Assembly: GCA_049724395.1 (NCBI GenBank)
Contig: JAUGWO010000034.1
Location: 62,001-126,000, forward strand
Direction of reading: 5' to 3'
Length of the DNA: 64,000 nt
DNA from: Spongospora subterranea f. sp. subterranea
Lineage: Eukaryota
This document shows positions 37,234 to 49,056 of this stretch, piece after piece (the first letter of the stretch is position 1; each line of letters opens with the position of its first letter). Below the pieces are notes generated by a model, which saw only the letters and a program-made list of their open reading frames with translations, was not told the DNA's origin and searched no databases. The translations under genes were made by a program, and so were the position numbers.

Positions 37234-38127
37234 ATGTCGGTCGAACGGCAAACCCTGGAGATCATGGACGAGAATCACATCTCGTATAAGGTCGAGCCGC
37301 TAGTGATTATGTCCATATTGGATCATTACAAACGACGTCCCGTAAACCAATCCCGAGTTATTGGCACCTTATTGGGCGTTCGGCAATCGGATCATCTAGT
37401 CACGATCCATTCCTCATTTCCCATCCCCCACAATGAGCGCGACGATCATGTCGCCGTAATTGATATGGAGTATCATTCAGCTATGGCGCGTCTGCAAGCT
37501 CGCGTATCCCCAAATCTCGTCGTCGTTGGCTGGTACAGCTCTGGCGGTGCCATGGCTTTATCGCCGTCGTCCATCACTATCGATAAATCGTTTCAGACGT
37601 TGATTTCTTCGACTATCTCTTACCCCGTCATGCTTGTGGTCGACACCACATTGGAGTCCTCAAAATTAGCGATCAAGGCGTATCATCCATGGATGATCAC
37701 ATCAATCAAGAACAAGGCGCCGGTCGTTGGCGTATTTGACGAACTCGATTTGCAACTTATCACTTCCTGTGAAGATAAAATTGGAATCGACGCCCTGATT
37801 CAGTCGCAGCCCGACGATGACACATTCGACTCACCAGCCACACTGTTGACTGGCGCTCGAGGACTCGGAATCGCGTTGGAAAACCTGCACGGGATGTTGG
37901 CGGACGTTGGGGAGTACGTCGATCGAGTTGTGTCCGGAGAAATGGAAGAAGATCGGGAGATTGGAATGATGTTGGCCACTTGCATCAGTCAGGTACCGGG
38001 CGCCAATGGACCAGGATACGAACGCGCGTTCAACGATATGGTCAGTGATCACATGTCGATTAACTATTTAACGGCCTTGACAAAAGCTCAACTCGCCATC
38101 GCCGATAAAGTTAATCTCGTCGCGTAA
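37234..38127 (+). CDS. EIF3F: Translation initiation factor eIF3 subunit F (MPN domain)
   Basis: 'PLVIMSILDHYKRR...RVIGTLLG', 'SFPIPHNE', 'VVVGWYS', 'FNDMVSDHMSINYLTALTKAQL'. Confidence 0.9.
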   Translation: MSVERQTLEIMDENHISYKVEPLVIMSILDHYKRRPVNQSRVIGTLLGVRQSDHLVTIHSSFPIPHNERDDHVAVIDMEYHSAMARLQARVSPNLVVVGWYSSGGAMALSPSSITIDKSFQTLISSTISYPVMLVVDTTLESSKLAIKAYHPWMITSIKNKAPVVGVFDELDLQLITSCEDKIGIDALIQSQPDDDTFDSPATLLTGARGLGIALENLHGMLADVGEYVDRVVSGEMEEDREIGMMLATCISQVPGANGPGYERAFNDMVSDHMSINYLTALTKAQLAIADKVNLVA

Positions 38128-38229
38128 TCATTGCTTTAACCAAACAAGTATTGCCATAAACTTTCATCAACCTTGCTATTACTCACGAACTCTCCACCTT
38201 TTTCTACGAATTAAAAAAATGGTTCTCAA

Positions 38230-41200
38230 ATTTCTGAAAATTTATCGCTATTGTTCTTGGTACTGATGTAATTTTGGTATTGTCGATGAGAAATATCAAG
38301 GCTAAGCTTGACGCTTACTAGATCTTGTTCGCCGAGATGCAGACGCAAATTGGCAAGGGATTCGGCCAGCTCTGATGCTCTGCCTCGTAGCATCACGTGA
38401 GCAGGGTCGCTGGATAACTGACAAGGCGACGCGCATCCGAATGATAGTGGCCGGTCGGCTTCTACCGATATGGCCAGCTCGTAGTCCGATATTTGACGCT
38501 GAAGGTCGCCCTCGAATCTGCCATATCAATACTAAAAAACTATCCATAAGAACCCAATAGGTTACCAACCGGTTCTTCAGATCATAATACATATGTCTCC
38601 AGATCCTTCCGAGAAATCAGTCAATAATAAAGTACAAGCTGAGAGTTACTGTCAGATCTAATGAAAACGTACTGAGAACTCTGCAACTGATCTGGATCGG
38701 CGTGGTGTTCTGCGGCACGGGATGGCGAAGGGATTCCGGGTTGTCTTTGCTCCAATGACTCAAGAAGGCGACCGAGCTGGTTTAACCATCGCTCCTGGCT
38801 GTCCTCTTCCTTTTGCAGCTCCTCCAGCAAACTCCCGACCTGACTCAATACCAGATCTACATGACGCCGTCAAAAATTACGATGATTGACAGTAGTAAGA
38901 AGGGGCACCAACCCATGTTTGGTGTGCATCGCAACTGAAACCGGGAATCGCCTAAAACATATACCCCGTTATCAGGTTCATAATCTCGCTAGTATCTCAG
39001 CATTCAATACCAGACCAGTAATAACGATGTTGCGCTGGCACATGATATTAAGTGTATTCAGCCAGACGTAACCCAAACGTGTAATTTGACCTTGTAGTGT
39101 ATTGTCTAAAATATTGTGAACCATGCTGGGCACTAGGTTAGCGTTTCGGAAGGAAACATCAGTTGATGATCGAAATGACACTGTGATGACATAGTGCGTA
39201 AATGTCTGACGACAACGAACGTAAGGTGTATCGTTATCGGCTACGTACGCCCCACATGTAAATACAGCGTAGGATAATCAAAAATGGTGAGACATGGTTG
39301 TGATCGTTTAAAAGTAACAGTGAGTATTTATCTACTTTTTGATGTACTGTACCTAACGAAATTTCATTATCAATGTTGTTATCATCATAATGAGCCGCGG
39401 AATCAATTCGGGATAAGATCCCAATATCGGCTAAGATTCCCAAGGCAGCACAATGCTCCCAGTTATCTATCTGATCCTTCATGGTCGACAATGCGTCGGT
39501 GAATCGCGCACCAATTTCCTGAAACTCAGACCTGGTCTGTTTTTAGCGTTGGCTTGTACATTGGTGGTAATTGACGCACAGAGATCCATGTTTAACTTGA
39601 TAGTCATAAGTTTCTTCGCCCATGTTATTCTATTGAACTGTACTGCCAACGATCCATCAAAAATTTGCAACGGCAAGGGTTAGCGGAGATTCGGTGTACA
39701 TTAGGAAATTTTATGCGGTAGCCCGATGATACAACTGAGATGACTCACGCATACTTCTCGATTTCCCTGGGCATCAATGCCATACTGTATTTTTTGGCTT
39801 TCATTTATTATGACACTTGTAGGTTCATCCCATTTGTCACAGGGGATAATCGAAATTGAAAAACAAGATAATTTTGTTCGTTCAGGGTGGACACCTATTC
39901 CCAGCGACAGTTTTATTGGAGATCCAATACAGTTGAAGTCATCTGGGAATATCCGAGATTTATTCATTGTCCTGTTGCAAGTTTTCCTGTCGGAGTGTCC
40001 TCGTGGAATTGTTCTTGCCAGCATCACTCCATACCTAGCTTTTATTTCAACCGCAGCTGAATCACAGTCCTTGATCGGCTATGCTGTCTCCCTATTTTCT
40101 CTCGGTCGCCTCGCTTCCTCGTTGCCTTATGGGTACATGGTCGACTGGACAAGATCGTCCAGAAATACTTTAATACTTGCGACCATCATCACCATGTTTG
40201 GAAGTGTTTTATATATGATGGGTGCATGGATTGGCAGTGGATCATATGCAGTTGCTTGTGTTTTGATATCCAGGTTGTGCGTCAATTTTGGAAGATTTTT
40301 GTTTGCTAATTCTCGTATCCAGGTTCATAATCGGATTTGGGAGTGGAACCCTGTCTGTTTCCCGCTCGTTTATGATTTCTATCAGCACTTCAGAAGAGCG
40401 AACCAAATACGTATCCTGGAATACTCTGGTGCAATATATTGGTTTCAGTATGAGCCCAATATTCCCTGTCGTTATTAATTGGATATTCCCAAGCGACGCC
40501 TCAAAATGGCAGCAAGACTTAGTATATAATCCCTCGTTCTTTATCATTGGTGCCAACATGGTCATGCTGATGCTGTTATTTTCATCTATGAGTAAACATG
40601 ATCCTAAACTCCCTGAAGTACGCGACAGTATGCGCTCCCTCAACATACAAGACACGAATTGGAACGGTGGTTTATCAAAGCTTGATGCTGGATTCGCTTT
40701 ATTTATTTTCCTGAATTTCTCATTGCGTGGAGTTGTTGGTGTTGTGGAGACGATTGGGGCCTCTGAATATCAGCGACTAAACTCGGCTGATCCGGATAAT
40801 GTCGAAGATAGTATGTGGTTCCTGCTAACAATGGGTGCTGCTGGAATAATGACCTTTTTGGCATTGGGATATTTAGAAAAAATATTCTCAGCCTTCACGT
40901 TGTTGTTATTCGGGATGGGAGCCATGATTAGTGGTTCAATTGCATTATTACCATGGCTAAGCCATGATAGTGAGATTCTCATGATACTGGGAACGAGCCT
41001 GATTTGGTGCTTTGGGTCCCCTATTACTCAAGTATTCACCATATCGACCTACTCTCAACTAATGGGGCAGCGCCCGCAAGGCGCCATTATGGGATGGTTA
41101 ACAACTTCCGGATCGGTTGGCCGCATAGTGCTACCGCTCCTCTCATCAATAAGCCATTCATTAGCACATGGAACAGATATCATTACGGTCACGTTTTCTA

Positions 41201-41640
41201 TTATCGTAGTATTGATATTTATCGGACGATATGGCAAATCGACCAAACCCGAACGGTGAGCACTTTTTCCGGTTGACTACATGCCGTACCTCTTTCTCTC
41301 CATCGTCCATAATTGTGCCCCATACCTCCCAAGTATGTCCAAATCTCGTTAGATAAATTACAAATAATATTTTTGATTACATCTTGTTTTGTAGCTGTGC
41401 GTGCAATTGTCTCCAATGTTCTTGAAAGAAAAAACGTTTGTGTTGTTAGCCATTAACGTTCGATTCCAATTTCCAATGACAATTTTGTACCAGCACACAG
41501 GACTGGACTATCGATAGTAGGTCCCTGTATAAGCTATTTTTAAGATTGCTTCTGGCCTTGCTTGCTGGAGCTATGCAGCGCAGGGTATCTACCTTGCACA
41601 AACATACTCGTGTCGGCTACTTTTAACGCTTGCACTTGAG
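38230..41640 (-). CDS. Hypothetical multi-exon gene (5'-truncated copy) hosting the MFS gene in an inferred intron
   Basis: Phase-compatible exon chain 'EHWRQLHAQLQNKI|FGHTWEVWGTIMDDGEKE|YGIDAQGNRE|NNMGEETYDYQ|TRSEFQEIG...'; coiled-coil-like 3' exons; ends and frame uncertain. Confidence 0.5.
39810..41259 (+). CDS. MFS transporter, MFSD8/CLN7-like (intact copy, one short intron)
   Basis: 'SRFIIGFGSGTLSVSRS...TSEERTK', 'QGAIMGWLTTSGSVGRIV'; many TM helices. Confidence 0.88.
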
Positions 41641-41648
41641 CAGCGAAA

Positions 41649-42100
41649 CGCGATGGATCCGCGCAATCGAGGCCCCAATCCGGATGCGCGCCTTTCCAAT
41701 TTCAGGCGGCGATTTGAACTGGATGAGGTCAATCTTCTTATCATCCAATATCACTCCGGTTGCTATCACACAGACATCCGCGCCTCGAGGATTTTCCAGC
41801 AAAGATCAAACCAACGAATTGCGCTCTCGTTCTTCTATGTTTCCTTCCTGCTGCATCAGAAGGTGGTACCGGTCAGCCCCAAACGACAGTGTGCCGTTGT
41901 CGCAACGCCATTACCGAGACCTTCGCCGTGGCCGGGGACAAGTACTTCATCTACAATGCTTCCAGTGGGAAACCTGTAAAGTTAATTCGGCGGGGCCTAT
42001 ATTTTACAAATGATGGGATGCCAAATTGCGACAATCATTATCACGAAATGTTCGAAAACCGTTGAGCCGCCTGTTCTCAATTGATCAGAGGGCGCTTCCG
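41649..42100 (+). pseudogene. Truncated, frameshifted copy of the SH3-LIM gene
   Basis: Aligns by eye to 45597-46052 with indels and a stop. Confidence 0.9.
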
Positions 42101-42111
42101 GACTCAAATTT

Positions 42112-45100
42112 GGGTCGTCGTTGCTTCAATGACTCAAGAACGCGACCGACCTGGTTTAACCATCGCTCATGGCTGCCTCTTCCTCGTTGCAGCTCCTCCA
42201 GCTGACTCCTCGGGCATCAATCCATATTTGGTGTGCACTAAAACCCATACCCCGTTATCAGGTTCATAACCTCGCTAGTATCTCAGCATTCCAATACCAG
42301 ACCAGTAATAACGATGTTGCGCTGGCACATGATATTGAGTGTGTTCAGCCAGACGCAACCCAAACGTGTATTTAATGTGACCTGTAGTGTATTTTTTAAA
42401 ATATTGTGAACCATGCTGGGCACTAGGTTAGCGTTTCGGAAGGAAACATCAGTTGATGATTGAAATGACACTGTGATGACATAGTGCGGTAAATGTCTGA
42501 CGACAACGAACGTAAGGTGTATCGTTTTTGGCTACGTACGCCCCACATGTAAATACAGCGTAGGATAATAAAAAATGATGAGACATGGTTGTGATCGTTT
42601 AAAAGATCTACTTTTGATGAACCTAACGAAGTTTCATTATCAATGTTGTTATCATCATAATGAGATGAGGAATCAATTCGGAATTCGGGATAAGATCCCA
42701 ATATCGGCTAAGATTCCCAAGGCAGCACAATGCTCCCAGTTATCAATCTGATCCTTCATTCTCGGCAATGCGTCGGTGAATCGCGCACCAATTTCCTTGA
42801 AACTCAGACCTGGTCTGCTTTTAGCGTTGGCTTGTGCATTGGTGGTAATTGGCGCACAGAGAACAGATCTTTCTATATTTTAACTTGATATTCATAATTT
42901 TCTTCGCCCATGATATCCTATTGAACTGTACTGCCAATGATGCACCAAAACTTGATCGCAACGGCCAGGGGTAGCGGAATAGCCCAATGATATCAGAGAT
43001 GAGTGATGTCTCACGAGTACTTCTCGATTTCCCTTGGGCAATGTCATACTGTATTTCTAGTTTTATGACACTTACAGGTTCATCCCAGTTCTCACAAGGA
43101 ATATTGGAAATTGAAACACAGGATAATTCAGTTCGTTCAAGCTGGACGCCAATTGCCAGCGACAGCTTTATTCGAGATCAAGTACAGTTGAAGTTATCTG
43201 GGAATATCCGAGATTTATTCATTGTCGTGTTGCAAGTTTTCCTGTCGGAGTGTCCTCGTGGAATTGTTCTTGCCATCATCACTCCATACCTAGCTTTTAT
43301 TTCAACTGCAGCTGATGCACAGTCCTTGACCGGCTATGCTGTATCCCTATTTCCTCTCGGTCGCCTCGCTTCCTCGTTGCCTTATGGGTACATAATCGAC
43401 TGGACAGGATCGTCCAGAAATACTTCAATACTTGCGACCATCATCTCGATGTTTGGTAGTGTTTTATATATATTGGGTGCATGGATTGGCAGTGGATCAT
43501 ATGCAGTTGCTTGTGTTTTGATATCCAGGTTGTGCGTCAGATTTCAGAAGATTTTTGTTTGCTAATCTTGTATCCAGGTTCGTAATCGGATTTGGGAGTG
43601 GAACCCTGTCTGTTTCCCGCTCGTTTATGATTTCTATAAGCACTTCAGAAGAGCGAACCAAATACGTATCCTGGAATACTCTGGTGCAACATATTGGTTT
43701 CAGTATGAGCCCAATATTCCCTGTCGTTATTAATTGAATATTCCCAAGCGACGCCTCAAAATGGCAGCAAGACTTAGTATATAATCCCTCGTTCTTTATC
43801 ATTGGTGCCAACATGGTCATGCTGATGCTGTTATTTTCATCTATGAGTAAACATGATCCTAAACTCCCTGAAGTACGCGACAGTATGCGCTCCCTCAACA
43901 TACAAGACACGAATTGAAACGGTGGTTTATCAAAGCTTGATGATGGATTCGCTTTATTTATTTTCCTGAATTTCTCATTGCGTGGAGTTGTTGGTGTTGT
44001 GGAGACGATTGGGGCCTCTGAATATCAGCGACTAAACTCGGCTAATCCGGATAATGTCGAAGATAGTATGTGGTTCCTGCTAACAATGGGTGCTGCTGGA
44101 ATAATGACCTTTTTGGCATTGGGATATTTAGAAAAAATATTCCCAGCCTTCACGTTGTTGTTATTCGGGATGGGAGCCATGATTAGTGGTTCAATTGCAT
44201 TATTACCATGGCTAAGCCATGATAGTGAGATTCTCATGATACTGGGAACGAGCCTGATTTGGTGCTTTGGGTCCCCTATTACTCAAGTATTCACCATATC
44301 GACCTACTCTCAACTAATGGGGCAGCGCCCGCAAGGAACTTCCGGATCGGTTGGCCGCATAGTGCTACCGCTCCTCTCATCAATAAGCCATTCATTAGCA
44401 CATGGAATAGATATCATTACGGTCACGATTTCTATTATCGTAGTATTGATATTTATCGGACGGTATGGCAAATCGACCAAACCCGAACGGTGAGCACTTA
44501 TTCCGGTTGACTACTCTTTCTCTCCATCGTCCATAATAATTGTGCCCCATACCTCCTGAGTATGTCCAAATCTTGTTAGGTAAATTACATAAAATATTTT
44601 TGATTACATCTTGTGTCGTAACTGTGCGAGCAATTGTCTCCAACGTTATTGGAGCAATTCCAATTTGGAATGATAATTTTATATCAGCGCACAGGACTGG
44701 ACTGTCGATAATAGGTCCCTGTATAGCCTATTTTTAAGATTGACTCTGGCCTTGCTCGCTGGAGCTATGCAGCGCAGGGTACTGCCTTGCATAAACATAC
44801 TCGAGTCGGCTAATTTTAGCACTTGCATGTGAGCAGCGAAACACGCGATCATTATCTGTGTCAGCAATATCCTGGCAAAACAAACTTTCCAAGTTGTGTC
44901 CTTGGAGCTTAGCCTCAGAAACTCACTCAAAGGCGGGACAGTTGCTTCGATTGAGTTATTCGCCAGTATATGCCTGACCCTGCCCGAACCCATAACCTGT
45001 GTAATTTGGCGTAGTGAGCAACTCTCTCAATTGCTGCACAATATGGGTGACAACGATGACCATACGAGGTCGGGACGTGCCATGAACACCGGTGGAAACA

Positions 45101-46052
45101 ATGCGGTACACCAAGTTAGATATTCCACTGGCGAACCTTCTTCTTCATTGGAAAGATGATATCGGAACAAATCATTCTCCTCGACGAATTGTCACATTCA
45201 CTCGCATTTCCAACTCAACAAACTGCAAAGTCTCCGTTCCTTGTTTGGTTTGTTGTTACTGAAGGGGTTTCCACCAATATTCAATTGATGTTTTGAAACA
45301 CAACTTCCTATTCGTGCAAACAACTTTTGACTTTTTGTGACACTCTAACAAACAACAGTTCATCGGGATAAGGGCATACGCCATGTGCGAAATATTCCCA
45401 AAAAATATCTTCGACGTCGTGATGACTGTTTTTTGAAGTGGACTCCGAATCATTATAATGGCTGATAATCGCCCAACGCTCTTCGTGGCGCAGGTGCTAT
45501 TCAACTACGAGCCGCAATCCACCGAAGAGATCGCCCTGGGCGAGGGCCCAGTTCTGTCTGGTGCTGGAGACCAACGAAGCGGGGTGGTGGCTAGTTCGCG
45601 ATGGATCCGCGCAATCGAGGCCCCAATCCGGATGGGCGCCTTCTAATTTCATGCGGCGTCTTGAACTGGATGAGGTCAATCTTCTCATGGAATCATCCAA
45701 TATCACCCCGGTTGCTATCACACAGACATCCGCGCCTCGAGGATTTTCCAGCAAAGATCAAACCAACGATTTGCGTTCTCGTTCTTTGATGACTCCTCCT
45801 GCTGCATCAAAGGTGGTACCGGTCAGCCCCAAACGACAGTGTGCTCGTTGTCGCAACGCGATTACCGAGACCTTCGCCGTGGCCGGGGACCAAGTATTCC
45901 ATCTACAATGCTTCCAGTGCGAAACCTGTAAAGTGAATTTGGGCGGGGGCGTATATTTTATGAAAGATGGAATGCCATATTGCGACAATCATTATCACGA
46001 ACTGTTCGGAAACCGTTGTGCCGCCTGTTCTCAATCAATCAGAGGGCGCTTC
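42112..46052. repeat. Second unit of a tandem segmental duplication (first unit ~38738-42100)
   Basis: Colinear high identity across the gene-X fragment, MFS gene, spacer and LIM 5' part. Confidence 0.92.
43065..44493 (+). pseudogene. MFS transporter duplicate with two TGG>TGA stops and a 21-bp deletion
   Basis: TGA at 43735-43737 and 43915-43917; 7-codon deletion in the QGAIMGWLTT motif near 44336. Confidence 0.85.
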
Positions 46053-46883
46053 CTTAACGCCATGGACAAGACCTGGCACCCAGAACATTTCCTGTGTGCC
46101 GATTGTCAGCAACCGTTCGACAATGACGAGTATTATGTCGGTCCAGATCAGGCTCCATATTGCGCCAAACATTATAACCAGCGGTTCGCTGTCAAATGCA
46201 CTGCATGCAATCTGCCCATTGACGGAACAGCATTAGAGGCGCTTAATCAATCATACCATACCGATTGTTTCCGTTGCTCAGTGGATATGGAGCTGATCAG
46301 CGCCTCGAATCCGTTCCATATAAAAGATGGTGTCATCTATTGTGCAGAACATTTCGAGTCTCTGTTATTGGAGCGTTGTGCCGCATGTGAAAAGCCGGTC
46401 ATTGGGCAATTTGTTCAAGTTCTATCAAAAACGTACCATCTTGAGTGCTTCACCTGCAGTCAATGCCAAGAGAATATTGCCAATGGGCAATTCCATCTGA
46501 CTAAAACTGGAGGTTTCATCTGTGCACCGTGCGATACGCCTGGGAAGTTTATGAAGGAGATCGGGCAATCACAGGCGAAAGGCAGCCAGATGATGACGAA
46601 AACCGCCAAGATGCCACAAGGATTGGATCAGGTTAGAACTGCACCGGTGACTGTACAACCGATGAGCTGCATACAAAATAACGGCAACGGGCCGATACGA
46701 ATGAAGGCATCGGAGCTAATGGGCAAAGATCGCCTATTACCGGAGACGATTGATCGCTCGCACAAAGAACACTATTTGTTTGATGATGAGTTTCAGGCAT
46801 TATTTGGGATGACACGCGACGAGTTCGCCTCTATCAAACCCTGGAAACAGCAGCAAATCAAGCAGAGAATAGGGCTATTTTGA
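45458..46883 (+). CDS. SH3 + 4 LIM + villin-headpiece protein (apparent 1-nt frameshift near 45548)
   Basis: 'AQVLFNYEPQSTEEIALGEG/QFCLVLETNEAGWWLV...GWAPSNF' SH3; four LIM domains; 'EFQALFGM..EF..IKPWKQQQIKQRIGLF' headpiece. Confidence 0.9.
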
Positions 46884-47214
46884 TCATAATCATTAAATAT
46901 ACCGGATATAAAATCAGTAAATCGATTTATATTGAGACTGTATTCGGAAGAGAATTATGTACTGTAATGGCGTCGCCGAGAACAATAGTTACCAATTGAA
47001 GACTTGATAATAATCCTCACTCAGAACTCCAAGTGCCAACTGACAATCGTTCCGCAACGCCTTCTGTAGATGAATGCGCTTCACCCACAGCTAACCAAAA
47101 AAGTTTTTTACAAATGCACGAACCAATCTGCACAAATTACTGGAACATGCTCATCCAACTCCTATAGGAAGATTTATTACGGATCAAAAGACGAGTTTTT
47201 ACATCCATTGTAGT

Positions 47215-47390
47215 AAACAGATGGATAAATACTTAGAAGATGGCCCATATGGACAAATTACCCAAATTCCTTATCCTGCCCAAGTTACATAAACCAGGCA
47301 ATACTATCAGACCCATCATCGGCGCTCCAACCTGGATTACTACTAAATAATTAATCTTTCTCACACTATTCTTAACAATTATCCCCGAAA
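47215..47390 (+). mobile_element. Penelope-like reverse transcriptase fragment
   Basis: 'LPKFLILPKLHKPGNTIRPIIGAPTWIT' motif, stop downstream. Confidence 0.7.
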
Positions 47391-48003
47391 TACTCATCAA
47401 CCATCTCGAAAAATATCGTCGAAGTCATGCTCAAGAAAACAGGACATTCTTCAAGATGTAACCTGGTATTCGATTACGAGTGATCGAAAAATGGAGAGAA
47501 CATGCAATATCGAACATAGTTCTTTTATATGAAAGAATTGAAACAACGGGGTCGAGAATCCGGTTACGAAAGAACTTCGCGAGGTCCATACTACCTTTAG
47601 GCTGAGATATTATACTACATCATCTGTAAAGGTTTATGAAAAGTTGATCAAGAAGATTGCCCATGACGACAAAGGCTTTGCTGTTTCTCAATTGAACGAT
47701 TTGCGATGGGAACATTACATTCTTCATTCTTGACCTGCTGAGAGGTTGTATGTACAGTAGGCAAGTTTATTAAATTCTCTGAGAATTTGAGGAAGGCGGT
47801 ATTGAGTCTTATCAAGCCTCAACACTGCAACCAAAGCGCCTCGGGTTCGCGGTTGCCAGCTGGCTCTAAGACTATGACCGCTTCCATATCAATCTGCTGA
47901 TATGCTGCATTACTACTTCTTCTCCCATGCTATGTCTTGCTGATATCGCTCGTTCCTCGCGGCAAATGCAAGTTTGAGATGCCGCTATAAAGTACCTGGC
48001 CAA

Positions 48004-48249
48004 TAGAAACAAACTAATTGCCAGAAAATTGCAGGTCCGCCGATGGAAAGCCGTCGTTATAGACAAGGCCAACGATCATTTGATCACGTGGATAATTAAT
48101 CAATTCGCAGAAATCGATATAATCAACCTCGTGCACGACATTAAACGGCAGCGAATATTATCCACTTGATCAGATGATCGTTGGCCTTGTCTATACGATG
48201 GCTTTCCATCGGCGGACCTGCAATCTTTCTGGCAATAAATTTGTTTCTA
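48004..48249. repeat. Long inverted repeat (~93-bp arms, ~60-nt loop)
   Basis: 48004-48096 is the reverse complement of 48157-48249 with few mismatches. Confidence 0.9.
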
Positions 48250-48304
48250 CAGTAGAAACTTTCAAAAACCCGTCGGTCAGCTTCATCTGGGTTGGGTTCT
48301 GTAG

Positions 48305-48640
48305 CACAGGCGAGATCACCCGCTCAATCGGAATCGGAATACCCAACGAGCCTAACCCTTGCGTCTCCATCAAGTTCATAAAGAGTCCATACTCTATTGT
48401 TCGGCGCAAATATCTGAAGATACGCTTCAGAGCAACGAGATGCTGTGGGCCTGGATTTTGAACATAGCGTGCAACCTCTCCCACAGCATAGGCGATGTCG
48501 GGACGGGTGTGCTGCAACCAAATTAAACTCCCGACAGCACCTCGGTAATCAATTTCCCTTGCAGAAGTGAAACGGCATTACGGTCTGCTTCCGACTGTGG
48601 AGACATGGCCTTGGTTAGTTTGACATCTGGGCAAGACGGT
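48305..48640 (-). mobile_element. Ty1/copia RT C-terminus and RNase H start (fragment)
   Basis: 'YRGAVGSLIWLQHTRPDIAYAV...ALKRIFRYL', 'LVGYSDSD'. Confidence 0.9.
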
Positions 48641-48659
48641 GTGGGAACAGGACGCGAGC

Positions 48660-49045
48660 TATGCATTCCGTAAGATTGAAGTCAATCATTCCAAAATGAA
48701 ACACATAGCACTCAGGGACCAATTCATTCGTGACATTGTTTCGTCTGAACAGGCTGACCCAACTTATGTTTCCAGTACCGACAATTTGGCAGATGTCTTC
48801 ACAAAGTCGCTGGGCAAGCAGTTATTTTACAACCTTAGACGCAGAATTTGCTGTGTCCTGAACCCCTCTTTTGAACCGGATTCGGTTGAAAGGGGGAGTT
48901 AGAGTACACATCAACTGATCCAACCGATCCGGCTTCGATCGTGCTTTTATATTTTGCGTGCTTATATTCATAAATCCTTTTGTGTTCTCTGGTCTTCCTT
49001 CGTCTCCATATTGTCGTGTTCTGATTGGTTCGGGACATAGAACTT
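48660..49045 (+). mobile_element. Ty1/copia RNase H end, polypurine tract and probable 3' LTR
   Basis: 'KMKHIALRDQFIRD...DNLADVFTKSL'; aaagggggag PPT at ~48888-48898. Confidence 0.85.
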
Positions 49046-49056
49046 AAAAAAAAATA

